This document shows, piece by piece, positions 14,389 to 31,117 of a stretch of 64,000 nucleotides of DNA (position 1 is the first letter of the stretch; each line of letters starts with the position of its first letter). Origin of the DNA: the human T2T-CHM13v2.0 reference genome, Homo sapiens; assembly GCF_009914755.1 (NCBI RefSeq), contig NC_060937.1. The stretch is one strand, 5' to 3'. The notes beneath the pieces are model-generated. The model was not told the origin of the DNA. It saw nothing but the letters and a program-made list of their open reading frames with translations, and ran no database searches. The position numbers and the translations under genes were made by a program.

Positions 14389-15610
14389 AAAATCTTGGGT
14401 TTATTTTGAAGATACGAAGCATCTTCAAACTTTAAAGCCCATGTGGGTTCAGATATTCAGCATATTCTTTAACAAATAATTGTTCATAGATTAGATACTC
14501 CTCCCTCTCCAGATTATAAACTCTTACCTGGGCAGTTTTGCTAAAATTGGGGGAATTTAAGTCTATTATGTGTGAGATCCTATGTAGTGCCAACTAAATG
14601 TAGCTGAGAGCAGTTATCTTAAACAGCAGCAACTCTGTCATTACAAGGCCAGTTTAATAGCCAAAAGGGTCCATGCTCTCCTTAGTTGATGTTTACAGAC
14701 TTGTCAAGAGTCATAGAAACAAGGCATGCAAGAGGCTTTGGCTGAGTGTTAGGTAACTCGTTCAAAGCTTCCTGAAGATACTGTCAGCCCAATATTGTGT
14801 GTCTATTATTGTCTGTTAGAAACTATTAAAGCCGAAAGCCTTCTTATGAAATCTCTACCATTTTCCTCAGGCAGGACTATAATTAATCCATTCCAAACAT
14901 GTAAAACATCTCTATATTTAAAACAAGCCAAAACAAAACTCGAGGCCAGGAGATTTAGCTTCTCATTTCAATGTTTTATAAGACGGGAGTCTTTTCCTTT
15001 ACATAACCTAAATCCATCATGTTGCTACTTAGTCTGGTTCTGCAGTAGAGCTGGAGAACATCTGGTGACCACATCTGTGTTATAACCCTTTGTGTGCTCT
15101 CAAACTATTTGCTAGATTCAAAATAAATTTCCTTACCATGAGTGAGATTTCCCATAACATTAGACTCCAGATTAATCATTTCTCTTGTCAGAATATGATG
15201 GCCTCAGTTATTAAAACGTGGTGGTTGTGAATCAGCAAAATGTCTAAAATGAATGACATATTGTAATAAAGTTTTAAAAACTTTCATATCTGCCAAATAA
15301 AAATATTTGTATATGGAAGATCCACTTCTGTGAAAAGTCTCTTGTGCAACTGCAGAAGCAGAAAATAGGTTCAGAAGTTTCATTTGGAACACAACAGAGA
15401 CATGTCTTTCCATTTCAGAGGTGTTGAGTTTTGAGGTGATTCAGTTAACTTTGATCGTTTTGAAACAATGAAAATAATTTCTATTACCATCATAGGACAT
15501 CATGCAGAACAACAAAGAGCTAGTACAAAGTGTACCATGCTGACTGTTGTGTAGATAAAGCAAAACAGTACCAAATGATTAGTTAGCATTTTACATTTAG
15601 AATGCAACCC

Positions 15611-15943
<333 letters not shown>

Positions 15944-17787
15944 CTATTTTTAAACACCTATGTGAGACGTAGTTACAAGGCTGTTTAAGGAGGGGAGGAC
16001 TGACAGCAAATAGAATGTTTGTGATAAAATAAATTTGTGCTCTCACAGTTTCCCATCTTTGAGGCAAATGGAATTAAAGGCAAATTATTCCATTTTTGAA
16101 AGTTCCTCAAATGTGGAATTTCAGATGTTTACTGTATAGGGAAGTAGACTTTCAACTGTACATTGGAGTCATTGTTTTGCTGCTTTTTCACCTTGCAAGT
16201 TGCTAGGTTCTGCTGCAAAGATTTTTAAAGCCTGCTTTGTTAGCAGCCTAGGACACATCCATGACCTTACCAAAGTGAAAGTGAAAGCTCTTAGTTTTTC
16301 TTTTTTTTTTTTTGCAACAGTAAATCTACTAATTTTACAGTCAGTTGAACAGCAATAGATTAATTTGTCTAAAGTCTGCATTCACAAAGAAAATCTAAAC
16401 TTCAGTGGCTTGAATGCCTGAAACTGCAGTGTGATATTTGAAGGGTAGACACTCTTACAAACTTGCCCAAGAAGGATGCAGGCAGTTCACTGTCACCTGC
16501 TTCTCGGCACAGGTGCTGACCCCTCAGTCGACTCGGGGCCTCCTGATGGGGTAGCAGGAAGGCTGGGCCTTTGTGTGCTACAGAGAACGCTTTTCCAATA
16601 ACTGGGCTAGTTCTCTCCAGCAGCCACAGGAAACAGAAGAAAGAAGAGGTTAAGGGCCGCCACGAGGGTCAGAATGGGTTAAATTTAGTTAACATCAGAG
16701 GTTATAGCTTTTAACAAGAGCTTCAAGAAAACTTATTCGAAGATGCAATTTGTTTCTTCTTTGTCCACTGTTATTTTTTCCCCCTATTGATAGTGACAGC
16801 TTAACAAAGTTTTTATATGCTAAAGGTTTTCATCCCTTAGAGAATAAAGAACTGTGTTCCTAAAAAGAGATGCAGGTGGAAAACTTCATAAAGCTTCCAT
16901 GATTTCCAAATTGGGAGCTTTGAAATAGGCTCCCTGCTTGGCTAAGTCAAAAATAATCTGTGAAAAAAAAACCTCTATTGGAAATGGAGGAACGCTCCAG
17001 CAGTCAGATGCAGAGCTCCAACTTCTAGAAGATTCTTTGTGTGAATTTTTCTCTCGGCCATCCTAGTAAACTTTTCCCAGTTATTCAAAATTATCAAAGC
17101 GGCCTTCTCTGTAGGTGCATTTCTTCAAATTTAGAACATAATACTGGGCAGGACTAGTTGTTTATTGCATTTCTATGTAAGCAAAGAAAGATAGCCATAG
17201 ATTTCTGCGTATGTCCTTTATGCCCGCTCTTAAAATTCTGTTACTCTGCAGTTTCTGTTCAAGAACTGAACTGTTACGGAAATTGGGCTTTCAAAAGAGA
17301 GTCATGTAAATTCTAGCGCTTCAACTGGAAATGTATGATTACCTAGGACTGATACTCAGTGTCCCGCATCATACTAAGGCCTTATGTGTTTTTCAGCTGC
17401 ATTTCTCTGATAAATACGAGGCTTAGCTTTTGAATGAGTTTAATCATTTATTTAGCTGAGATTTTCAAATGCTGAACTTGGGTTTTCAGAGCCATGTTTC
17501 TACCTGACGGTCAGCAAGGAAAATGTAATCTACACATCTAAGTGCTGAACTATAATCTGCATTTGAAAATGTGTTTGTTTCAGGTATGGTGAGGACTCAT
17601 TTAAGTATTATTTGGGAAATAAGATGTTTTATATAAGGCAATCTTCCAGATACCCTAAGCTTACCTCTCAAATCAATACAAACTTCTATATTTTTACCAT
17701 TATGAATGAAAGTATTTTATATAATGTATTACAAACATTCTTGCTTTCTGAAGTATGGTATGATATTTTTTAAGAACTAGGAGTATC

Positions 17788-18094
17788 AGTCCAGGCATGA
17801 TGGCTCAATGCCTGTAATCCCAGCAATTTGAGAGGCCGAGGCAGGCAGATCATTTGAGGTCAGAAGTTCAAGACCAGCCTGACCAACATGGTGAAACCCC
17901 ATCTCTACTAAAAATACCAAAAAATTAGCCAGACCTGGTGGCGCATGCCTGTAGCCCCAGCTACTCAGGAGGCTGAGGCAGGAGAATGGCATGAACCTGG
18001 GAGGCGGAGGTTGCGGTGAGCCGAGATTGTGCCACTGCACTCCAGCCTGGGCAACAGAGCGAAACTCCATCTCAAAAAAAAAAAAAAAAAAAAA
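17788..18094 (+). mobile_element. AluS
   Basis: Full Alu; TSD aagaact(a/g)ggagtatca. Confidence 0.95.
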
Positions 18095-18834
18095 GAACTG
18101 GGAGTATCATGATTGTACATTATGATATGGTGACATACAACACTTCATACGTGTATTAAGTGCCACTAACTACATGGCCAAACCATCATGGTTTCTGAAT
18201 TTGAAATTCTGCTTTTTATAGATTTTCCTACCCCTCCCTTGCCATTAGGCTGTCATCTGGCCCTTCTTGTTGCTATAACTGCCTACCCAGTTTTAATAGT
18301 TCTCCTCCCCTTCTAACGTTCTACTCAAAGTCAAATTCAGTCTCACCTGGCCTGATACAGGTATTGCCCAAAGAGTCTTCCAGCTTTCCATCTTGCCTTG
18401 ATCCAAATCAGCCCCCACGCCACTGCCAGGATAACTTTGTCTTAGTAAAGCTTCATGCATACTATCTCCTTGAAAAAAAAAACAAAAAACAAAACTTTGG
18501 TGGTTTTCCACGGCCTGCCTGCCCTATTGGATTGTGATTTTCCACTCTAGTATTGATTGCTGTCTGCAACAGATCTTTAGCTGTTGTAGTGAAACAAGTC
18601 AATTTCACTACAACACTCAGGCCTTTTTCTAAGAGTCTCTGTTCCTGCACACAGCCTCTGAAAGGGGCACCTTGCACCTAAATGTCCTGTGTCCCACCTC
18701 CTCCTCTTGTACATTGTGATGAGACTGGGATAGAAGCCTGGCCTATAGGAAACTAGTTCACAGACTATGACAGCTTGCGAATTTGCTCTGGGAAATTAGT
18801 GTTGTCAGAGGGCTTGGGGGGGTGTCAAAGGGTA

Positions 18835-19420
18835 CTTGTGGCAGAGATCCTAGTCCAATAGCCATCTTCCTCTTTCCCAGGTTTTATGCACACATGGCTG
18901 CCCAGAATAAAAACAGTATGTTCAGCCTTTCTTACAGAAAGGTGTGATCATGGGACCAAGCTCTGGCCAGCAATTTATATGAGGCAGATAATGGTAAATC
19001 CTACTTTATGCCTGTTATCCACACAAGGATTTCAGTTTAGATGACATATTATATGGTCACCTTAAATAAACAGGCATGGTATGTGCAGCTTCCAGGGAGT
19101 CCTCTTCCCCTCTTCCTCCTTTCTGCTGGCTGGAAAGCAGACGCAACAGCGGAGCTTCGAAGTCATCCTGGAGCATCCCATCATGGTCTTTGAATTTGCT
19201 TTTTATAAGGGATCATGGAATGGAAATCCTGCACAGGAGTGCAGAGAGATGGAAGGCGCCTGGGGGCTCACACCATGGCACATCACACCAGCCAGAGGCT
19301 CATTACCTCTGAATTTCTTGAATGTGAGAGAGAAACACGCTCTTATACTGCAGTTGAACTTACTCCTAACCAACATAGTACTTGAACTAAAAAGTCTTAT
19401 AAAGTTGTTTCTTTCACGAT
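18835..19420. mobile_element. MLT1-type MaLR LTR relic
   Basis: tgtggcag start and MLT1-like text (gtgtgatcatgggaccaagctctggccagc; gagagaaacacgctcttata). Confidence 0.5.
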
Positions 19421-19659
19421 ACAAGCCAATGCCTTGTGCGTGCTGGAGTTCTTCAAGCAGATGAGTTGGTCCGCAGAGAGGAGAATGAAATAGACATGGA
19501 CAAAGAACCATGCACAAAGAGGGGCCTCATGAGAAATCGGGGAAGGAGACTTCCTTTCTACCTTTCTAATTCCAGTTTCAGTGGGGTCTACTGGTCTTTG
19601 TTTTCTGTCTGTAGATAACTCCTAGGTGGATTTGTTTTTTTTTACAACAACTTTCTGTT

Positions 19660-20090
19660 CATGGCAACCACACCTCTCCAGCTTTAACTCTCTCTTCACC
19701 CAACCCTGTTGACCACCCAAATGACTGCTTGCTGTTCCCTAACTGTGTTTGGTACTTTTCTGTCTTTGTGGCTGTGTGTGCCCTCCCTTCTGCCTGGAAT
19801 GCAGTCTTCCTGCCCTCACCCAATACCACCTCTCCATGAAGCCTTCCCTTAGCCCAGCGGGATGCTTCTCTCCTTTTTTTGGACCTCCGCCATTTTGTTT
19901 GCCCATCCTGTGGCATTTCTTTTTCTCTGTCTCTCAACATAGTTACTTGTATACTTGACATATCCCACCCTTGACATCGTCAGCTCCTTGAAGGCAGGGC
20001 GACACCTTTACTAATTTGTGTGTTGTCTGCAGCAGCTGGCCTGCTCGTCTGTATATCCTTAGTGTACACTAAGCATTTGTTGAACAGTTG
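19660..20090 (+). mobile_element. L2 3' relic
   Basis: cagctccttgaaggcaggg...catttgttgaa. Confidence 0.6.
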
Positions 20091-20150
20091 TGGGCTATAA
20101 AATACACAACAAAGACTCTCGAATGGTCTCTGGATAAGAGAGAACAGGCT

Positions 20151-20334
20151 GGCCAGGCACCGTGGCTCACGCCTGTAATCCCAGCACTTTGGGAGGCTGA
20201 GGCGGGCGGATCACAAGGTCAGGAGATCAAGACCATCCTGGCTACCATGGTGAAACTCCGTCTCTACTAAAAATACAAAAAATTAGCTGGGCGTGGTGGC
20301 CGGCGCCTGTAGTCCCAGCTACTTGGGAGGCTGA
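20151..20334 (+). mobile_element. Alu (AluY/Sc-like), abruptly 3'-truncated
   Basis: Left monomer plus start of right monomer, breaking at gggaggctga|tttttc. Confidence 0.93.
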
Positions 20335-20511
20335 TTTTTCTACTCCATACGTCTACGGTCCTGTGATAGACAGACCAGGGGACTCCTCAGCTCAGAGTCC
20401 ATGAGGCCAGAAGCTGACATCCTAAATTTCTATTTAGAATGAATTTAAGCAAGCCAGCCAAACAGTCTGCCGTGAAACTGTCGGGAAGACAAGTGGTGGG
20501 TTGGGGGGGAA

Positions 20512-20630
20512 GCCGGGTGCGGTAGGCTCACGCCTGTCATCCCCGCACTTTGGGAGGCCAAGGGCAGGTGGATCCCTCGATCCAAGCCTTGGCAACATGG
20601 TGAAACCTCGTCTCTAAAAAAATACAAAAA
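20512..20630 (+). mobile_element. Alu left monomer/FLAM-like fragment
   Basis: gccgggtgcggtaggctcacgcctgtcatcccc...aatacaaaaa. Confidence 0.85.
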
Positions 20631-20677
20631 CTAACTGGTTCCATATCCTGGACTCAAAGTTAATAAATAGATAAATA

Positions 20678-21026
<349 letters not shown>

Positions 21027-21488
21027 TTAGAGGCTTCCTCTTGTTTTTCTGGCTGAGTTGAGAGTACTGCATAGATGCCACTAGGTGTTTTACTGCAGTG
21101 TTAAAAGAGGAAACTTTCTAAATCATCATGGGAAGCTCTGCTGAGATAATAGGGGTTTTTGTTGAAATAAACTTCTGTGTTAAGTATCATGTTTATGACT
21201 GTAGTAACATATAATAACTGAATTAGAAGCACAGAAAGTCTAAATAATTTATGAAAAAGTCATAGAGAAAGTCTGTGTCTCATAAAGGAGAAACAGTGAG
21301 GTCTTTGGATTTGCTTGCATTAGTTACTATATTATAGACTCAATAATCTGCAACCTACATTCAATATAATCATAATAATTGTCAAAAGGGTTATTAAATG
21401 ATCACATATGTGTAACTCTGGTTGAGCTTTCTACATCCAAATCAGGAAGATCAGATCTGGCTCACAGTGTGTTAGAAAATCCAGTCTA

Positions 21489-22092
<604 letters not shown>

Positions 22093-22511
22093 ATCCAGTC
22101 TAACCACGTCTTTCATTTTCTGTATATAATAGGCAGATTTTATGACCGACTTGGACAAATGTTTTGGTATTAACACTCACAGTAAAAAACAGACACCATA
22201 AAATGGATTTACTTTAGTAATTATAACTGCAACTTCAAATTATTACTAGGAGAGCATGTAACTGAATAATGTGGGCTAATGAAAAAAATGTGTGCCTCAC
22301 GATGATGCATCACTTAAAGGTTATAATCTATAATCACTGGCAATTCATCACGCCTCCTTTCACACTCAACCATCATGTCATGACACACTGGTGTGTGTGT
22401 GTCATTTGTGTTAATAATAGTTTCAGTCATAGAAGTTGCCACTGATTTTACCTGATTTTGCAAATTAGAATGGATTTAAAGTTATTCTGTCTGTAGTTGG
22501 CCTCTCGTTTA

Positions 22512-22830
22512 CTTCTTTTTTTCTTTTTTTATATTTTTAGAGACAGGGTTTTGCTCTGTTGCCCAGGCTGGAGTGCAGTGGTGCAATCATAGCTCACTGC
22601 AGCTTTGACCTCCTGGGCTCAAGCAATCTTCCTGCCTCAGCCTCCCGATAGCTGGAACTACAGGTGCATGCCACTAAGTCCTACTAATTTTTTATTTTTA
22701 ATTTTTTTTTTGTAGAGAAGAGGTCTCACTATGTTGCCCAGGCTGGTCTCAAACTCCTGGGCTGAAGCCATCCTTCCACCTCACCCTCCCAAAGCACTGG
22801 GATTATAGAAGTGCACCACGGTGCCTGGCC
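22512..22830 (-). mobile_element. AluJ, antisense
   Basis: caatcatagctcactgcagc, cctgggctcaagc. Confidence 0.92.
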
Positions 22831-22978
22831 CACTTGCTGCTTTAATGGGTGAGAGAAGTGCTGAGTGACAGTTCGCATCACAGGAGCTGCATCTTACCCC
22901 AAACCTGGTTAGGCGAGACCTTCGATTGCTTCCTGGACACCTGGAGCGTGGCAGGAGGGCCCACACATGAGCTTTGCC

Positions 22979-23012
22979 ATGTGCGTGTGCATGCGTGTGC
23001 GTGTGTGTGTGT
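22979..23012. repeat. Alternating purine-pyrimidine (TG/CG/CA) microsatellite
   Basis: atgtgcgtgtgcatgcgtgtgcgtgtgtgtgtgt. Confidence 0.85.
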
Positions 23013-23451
23013 CTGCTCCTACAGGGTGAGAACCACTTTCCCAGGCAAAGACAGTAAGTGTGGACAGAAGGACAAAACTGGGGCTGAGAAACATTAGCAC
23101 TGTTATGTAACAAACTCAAAGACAAAACACAGGGCAGTAGAGAATTCTAAGCATGTGGAGAGGTCTGCGGAGCCACATGGCAGCCTGCTGGATTCGGAGT
23201 CAGGCTTTGGCTGGCTCATCTGCTGTGTGTTTTCCCCAGCGAGTCCATATCCCACAGGATTGAGGGTGCTCAGATTTTATACTTTGGCCTTAGCAATTAG
23301 AAAAACAGTCAATTCTCACGACATTTATTTTCAAAAGATGTCATAACTTTATTTTGCTTACTGCTGATATAATATTACAGAAAATGAAAATGAAAACATA
23401 GCTAATATTGCATTAGATTGTATATCCGTTTTGGTGAGAGAGATTTTATAA

Positions 23452-23902
<451 letters not shown>

Positions 23903-24885
23903 GAGCTAGCACTTTCTATACAAATTACTCCTAAGTAAAGTGTCGGAGTGTCTGAGGTGCTCTGTAGAAGCTGGGTCTGGAAGTTTGTCCTAGAATCCTC
24001 TAGAATTTCTTTTCTTCCATTCGACTCTTTAGTGAATGTCCTGTCTCTCTAGTTTAGGGTGTCGGGGTGCATGTGCTGCTACTGAATAATTCTTACTTGC
24101 CTGTAAGATACTGTACTAAATGGGAATTAGGCTTCTGAGGAAAGAAGCAAAATGATTTGGTGACTTTTGTCCCTAATTCCATGACAAATGACCCATGGCT
24201 TTCCTGAGGAGGCAGCACACACAGCCGTAGGAAAGCTACAAATGAGAAATCTGTGCAGGAGAGGAGCTGCCAACAGAAAGGACTCGTCAGCTGGAACCAA
24301 CAGTTAGCAAAAGGCCCTGGGACAGGGGACAGCAGGGTTCCATCAACCCGGGGAAGCAGCCCTCTGAGCCCAGCAGCCTGTGGTTGGAGCCACAGGCGGC
24401 CCAGAACCACGTGGTGCTCTGGGTGGTAGCATTGTATACTCTGTGCTACATTTGCTGGCCAGCTAATTTTCAGCTTCAGCATCTTCTTGGAAATGATACC
24501 GTCACAGCCTCACACCTCCTGTGACCCAGCAACGTGTACACATTGGAGGGAAGTGAGCTGCAGCAGATTAGGGTGCTCAGCCAGCAGGAACTGCCTGGCC
24601 TTTCCCCACCTGCAGGGCTCCCCCATGTCCACTCCCCCTTTGGCCTTGTCCTGCCTCTAAGACAAGGGCTAGGTCAGGCCATTCCTGACATGCCTTTTCA
24701 GGGGCACTATCTCTCTGGTCTTTCTGATGGAGGAATTCTGTCTTGTTTGTGGGAAAGAGAATTCTGGATCAGAAAATGGCCTCAACACCCAGGAGTCCCG
24801 CTCTAAATTAAGGCCTCCTACAGATCCCACTTAGCCCCAGCCTAAAAGCAGAATGGCTTCAGGACATATATTAATAAATAACATG

Positions 24886-25206
<321 letters not shown>

Positions 25207-25244
25207 CATTACACATCCCTGCACACACAATGCATACAGGATTT

Positions 25245-25480
25245 ACCATGTGTGCCAGTCAGTTTTCCAAGCACTTTACATATACTGACTCATTTAGTTC
25301 TCATTAAAAGATCTATAATTTAGTAATATTGTTTTTATTATGTATCCTTTCATTGGTAAGGAAACTGAGGCCAGAAAGATTAAGTAACTTGTCCAAGGTC
25401 ACCCAACTAATAGGTGGCAGAGCTGGGATCAGGATTTAGGGAATCTGTCTCCAGAGTCTATGCAATTAGCTACTGCTCTA
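25245..25480 (-). mobile_element. MIR
   Basis: aaggaaactgaggccagaaagattaagtaacttgtccaaggtcac. Confidence 0.75.
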
Positions 25481-26140
25481 TAAACGGTAGCTAAAATAAT
25501 AGTGTCCTAGTTATCTGTGTAATAATAATAATATATTCTTATTCAACTGAATATATACCTAGGTATTTCTTAGTGAGTATAATCCCAGAACTTCCTTGAC
25601 ATCTCAAAAATACTGTTAGAAAGGTGATCATGGAAATCACCTACCATGAAGGAATATTTATACCGGTATTTCTTTCATTCTCAAAATTGTGTCTAGTGTG
25701 GAGGAAAGAACTCCATAGTGGGAGTCAGAGGACCTGGATTTATTTCCCAACTCCATATTTTTACCTGCCATGGGTCCTTGAGCAAGTAATTTTGAGGGTC
25801 TGGTCCCTTGCTTTTTCATCCGTAAAATAAGATAATAATGTCACAGAATTGCAACCGTCAAAAAGATAAACTCTTTTGAAAACTATAAAGGAATACACAA
25901 ATGTAAGAGAGTATTAATCTCTTGATCTCAGGTCTCTCTAAAATACTTAATCTGAGGATTTTTGACTTCTATGTGAAAACTGAAGAGTCCAGGCCGCAAA
26001 GGGTTTCCACCCAACCTTCCCGAAGAGATATATAATAATGAACCTCACAACGCCTATCACTGTAGTTTGTTGTATAAAATTATATTTAAGCAGACTATGT
26101 AATAAATGGTATAAAATTCTCAATCTATAGAGCAGATTCA

Positions 26141-26533
<393 letters not shown>

Positions 26534-28266
26534 TCAAGTTTTGGCAGTATGCCCTAGATGACACCTGCTTGCACTGCCAAGTGGCTGCCATTTCTTCTGC
26601 TCTTCCCTAGGAAAACAGACAAGCTCAAACAACAGGATGTGCGTATGGTATTCTTAGAGGGGTGGACGCTGAGCAGCTCTCCCGGGCCTGAGGGTCCTCC
26701 CGGCCTGCCTCCAGTTGGCATGTTTCTTGAACAGGAGCTCCCTGACAACCTGGGAAAGAGCTTGGGCTTTGCTATCTGGGAAAACTGGGCTTGGGACATT
26801 CATTAGCTGTTACTTGGGCAGGTTATCAAATGTTTCTCACTTGTCTATAAAATGAAGATAGTGATTTTAACATATAGCTGGGATGTCTCCTAAATGTTAG
26901 ATACCACATTAGTATTATTATTATTGCTTTATGATAAAATATTACATGAAGTGCTGTCGGGGGCAGGTTCAGGGTTTCTATAAACTGGTGATGTTGGAAC
27001 TGCTACAAAAGAACCATGCACCTTGAGTCTGACCTGTAAGAAAGCCTTCAGCAGGACCACAGTGGAGGCCAGGATGGATGAGGCTGAGAGGAAGGTGAAG
27101 TTTACGTTTGATGGCCCCTGAAATTGCCTCCCTACAAAGGGCTGTCTTTCCTCTCCCACGTTTTAATGTTGTCTTCCCACCCATAACTCGCCCTTATCTT
27201 CTCTTCTGTCTGCATTCTACACCCAGGAAAAATTTCAGGTCCGCACCCGGGGAGATGGTTTTTGACAGGTTGATCATTTGGAACTCTTCCAGTTACATTC
27301 TGAAGACATTGCCAACTTCCTAAATGTAGGCCTGATGCCATCCATGGTCCTCTGCTGAGGGTCACATTCCTTCCAGAAGGTCTCAGCTGACAGCCACGGT
27401 GTGGCAGTGCTGCCAGAGATCTTATCTGGTGATGTCTGAGCTTTCTGGCACTGTTCTTTTGTGTGGAGGTGGGAAGTGGGGAGGAAGCTGATGAGAAGGA
27501 GGGTGGAGACAGGCCGGGTGGTTAGAATTGTGCTCCCAGAGCACAGAGGCTCATTTGAAATATTGATTCCTCTGTGGAGGTCACAGCCCAGCCTTTGCTG
27601 TGCTTTCAGAGGGGCTATTTATATATTTTAGTCTTTGTTTCGGAGTTGCCTCTTATATTGGTGACACTCCAGCTTTGCTGAAGTCGTGTTTAAAAAAGAA
27701 AGTAGTAATTATTGATTGCACACTCAAATGTGGGGACCAGAATGAACGCAGACAAAGACTTGCAGAGAAGCATTCTACTCCCACTGCTTCAAGGGGAATC
27801 TGGAATCCTAAAGCAAGGTTCTTAAAATAAATAAAGGCTTCCATGCCCCTGAAATGCAATAAGGCTATCTTGGGTTTTCAGGTCCATCTTCTGACTTTTG
27901 CACTGTGATGTTTTCATCTCTCCTCCTTCACGTGGAACGAAGCCAGGGTGGGGGTGAGGTGGGAGGGGAGCAGAGGTAAACTGAAAGGTTTGATCTTAAA
28001 GGTAATCTTTCCTTCTCGCACTCCTGAATTCTCTGCCTCCCTCCCATTCCTACCTTGGCAGTTTATTTACCAGAAGGCTGGAAGCAGTGTCAGAGCCTGG
28101 AGATGTCATGCCAGAGACTCAGGACATGCCCAAGTGCTTTCATCCTGCAGCTGAATAAGCAGCCCCAGGTGAGCCCAGCCTAAGAATCAGCAGAAGAATC
28201 AACCTTCCGAGCTGAGCACTGATCAATCCTTGTAAACATAAGAATTAATGGAATGGTGGTCGCTTT

Positions 28267-28390
28267 TTAAAAATTATTTTAAAAATAGAGATGAGGTCTC
28301 ACTATGTTACAAAGGCTAGCCTCAAGCCATCCTCCTGCCTTGGCCTCCCAAAGTACTGGGATGACAGGTGCGAGCCACCTTGGCCAGCCA
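28267..28390 (-). mobile_element. FLAM/Alu left-monomer fragment
   Basis: agagatgaggtctcactatgtt...cctcccaaagtactgggatgacagg. Confidence 0.8.
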
Positions 28391-29495
28391 GTGGTTGCTT
28401 TAAGCTATAAAGTTAGATTGTTATGTAATAATAGATAACCAAAACATAACCCACTAGACTACTGTTAAGAAGATGAAACTATTACTCTTTTGGAAAGCAA
28501 AAAGGTAGTACTTACCAAAATCTAAAAAGATATTTATATCCTTGGAAGCAGAAATTGTACTACTCTAACATTATCCTAAAAATTATTCAACAAGCAAAAA
28601 ACCATAGTATGAAAAGTGTTCAGTGTAGTACTATTTTAAAAAAAATTTACAAATAATCTAATGGAGTGAAAATTAATTACAGGTTTACTAAATTATGATA
28701 CATCAACACATGGGAATGTTGATGTACTTTTTAAAATAAATCCCTCCTGCGCAACTAAATTGAAACCAGTGATTTAAAAAAACATATTTTAAATATTTAT
28801 TTTTACTTCGAGAATACACAGTTACATTTACTTTCCTGTCTTTCAATTTAGAGCCCAAGCTTTTCTTCCAGTGTAAGTCTGCTGCCTTGACTTCCACATT
28901 ATCTTGTGCATAATCACATCTGTACACTACCATGGTGTAAGAAATTGAAGACATTTGGGGATCTATATGAATGCAGAATCACCTAGATTGCCCTCCCCCC
29001 AGGCTTTTATAGTTATCTCACTATATCCATTTCAGTAGCCTTTATTTTTAGTGACTCATTTTTATTGAAATTTGCAACTTAGTCTTTATAATTTTGTTTT
29101 GCACTCACATTTTAATGGTTTATGTAATATTTAATTAAATTTTGCAATTATAAAATCAAATATGATAGCAAGAACAGGTATGGGGACAAACACAACAGAC
29201 TTTTGGTTAGAAGACAGTCCAATAGGTGAAAGCACAAGTTGGGGAGGGTGTGCACCAGAGCACAGCCTCCGGTCCTCCAGTGTCCCTGACTGGGGGCTGT
29301 CAGAGAGAATGCTCAGCAGAGGCCATGGAGATTGGCAGGTACCATGAGTGGCTGGTTCAGCGGAAGGCAGTAAAGAGGCCTTCTCCTCTAAACGTGAATA
29401 CTGTGTAATATAGAAGCATTATGTTATAATGTTAAGCAAAGAAATACAAAATGTAAGAATGTGATGGCAAAAAGTAGTAAAAAAAAAATGTAACT

Positions 29496-30188
29496 TACTG
29501 AAATGCCTGGGGTTTGGTTTAGGGCCTGCTGCTGGCTGCACAGAAAGCCAATGACTGAGACGATGATTACTGCCAAAGAAGAAGGCTTTAATTGGGTGCT
29601 GTAGGCGAGGAGGAGAAGGGAGATCAGTCTCAAATTCATCTCCCTGACATACTAAAATTAGGAGTTTATATAGCAGGGAAGAAATGTAACAATGTGTTGG
29701 AAAACAGGAACTAGGGAGGGGCCTGACTCTCATTGTCTGGATGCAGTGATCTGGTGAGGTTGAGATCTTTGATACTTTTTGAGAGGCCTGGGGGTCCTTT
29801 CCTGAGGAAGGAACTCAGATAAAACAAAAGTAAATTTCAAGCTTTAAAGACCCACCCTGTCACCCAGGCTGGAGTGCAGTGGCAGGACCTTGGCTCACTG
29901 CAACCTCCACCCCCTGGGCTCACGTTATCTTCCGCCCTCAGCCTCCTGAGTAGCTGGGACCACAGGTGCACATCACCACACCCAGCTAATTTTTTGTGTG
30001 TTTTTAGTAGGGACGAGGTCTTGCCATGTTGCCCAGGCTGGTCTCAAACTCTTGAGCGCAAGCAATTCTCCCACCTCGGCCTCCCAAAGTGCTGGGATTA
30101 TAGGTGTGAGCCACTGCGCCCAGCCAGAAAAGTCCATTTCTATGTTTATCCAAAAGAACTATCTCTGGGACGATTGGGTCGGTTTCAT
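29496..30188 (-). mobile_element. ERV1-class solo LTR (LTR26-like), interrupted by an antisense AluJ at ~29857-30126
   Basis: cagaaagccaatgactgagac...gagatcagtctcaaattcatctccctgac text; resumes after the Alu and ends ggtttca. Confidence 0.7.
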
Positions 30189-31117
30189 AACCATGTAGAC
30201 AAAGACTGGGATGGTTTATCTCAGGAACCTAGTTCCAAAAACTGACCAAGAAAGGGCTGTTTCCTATGGCAATGCAAATACATACTCAAACCTGAAGTAT
30301 ACCAGTTGTCTATGATAGATTCATTATATGGTTTAGGGCAGGGCTAAGAAAGAACTGTGTACACCAATCCTATTAGAAACTTATGAAAATAACTTATAAA
30401 GGTTGTGGAAAGTACTTACTTAATCTTAATTTTGTGAAACATGAGTGATGTGGGATTTATTTATACAATTATGTCTGTAATCCCAGGGATGAGTTTTATC
30501 CAGTTTTCTTTATTTGTAAAATGGTAATGGTTTAGTAGCCCCTAAACAAAATCCATATCTTTCTGACATTTAATCACATGAATTATTAATCACATAGATT
30601 ATTCTTGTGATGCATTTGTACCTTTTTTGATAATTTTTGCACTTTTTGGTAGAGAAATTTAGTAGAGTCTAATTTATCTTTACAACTAGAATAAGGGGTC
30701 ATGTTGAAATTTATAGTTTGGCTCTGGAGGTATCAATTCATATAGATTTCAATATCAATTTCTTTAATATTTGGATAAATTATGACCATTAAACTAAAAA
30801 TGTAAATAAAATTCATTCACTATTCAGTTACTGAGCACCCACTATGTTTCAAATCCTGTTTTGGCAGCTGGGATTAGAAGAATGTTACCGGTCCTGCCTT
30901 CAAGGGACTTGTAGAGTTAAACTAATTTCTACCAACCTTGAGTGCTGAGGCACGTCAAAGTTCAGCTCTCCACCCCTTTCGTTTTATGGATAAGGAAACT
31001 GAAGCGTAAAGAGAATGAGCAACTGTCCCAACATCAGGCCAGCTTGGATCTGCCAATTTCATTTTGGTTCCTGGCTTACATGAGTAAGGAAAACTAGTTA
31101 ACAAAGTAGCGTGGGGT

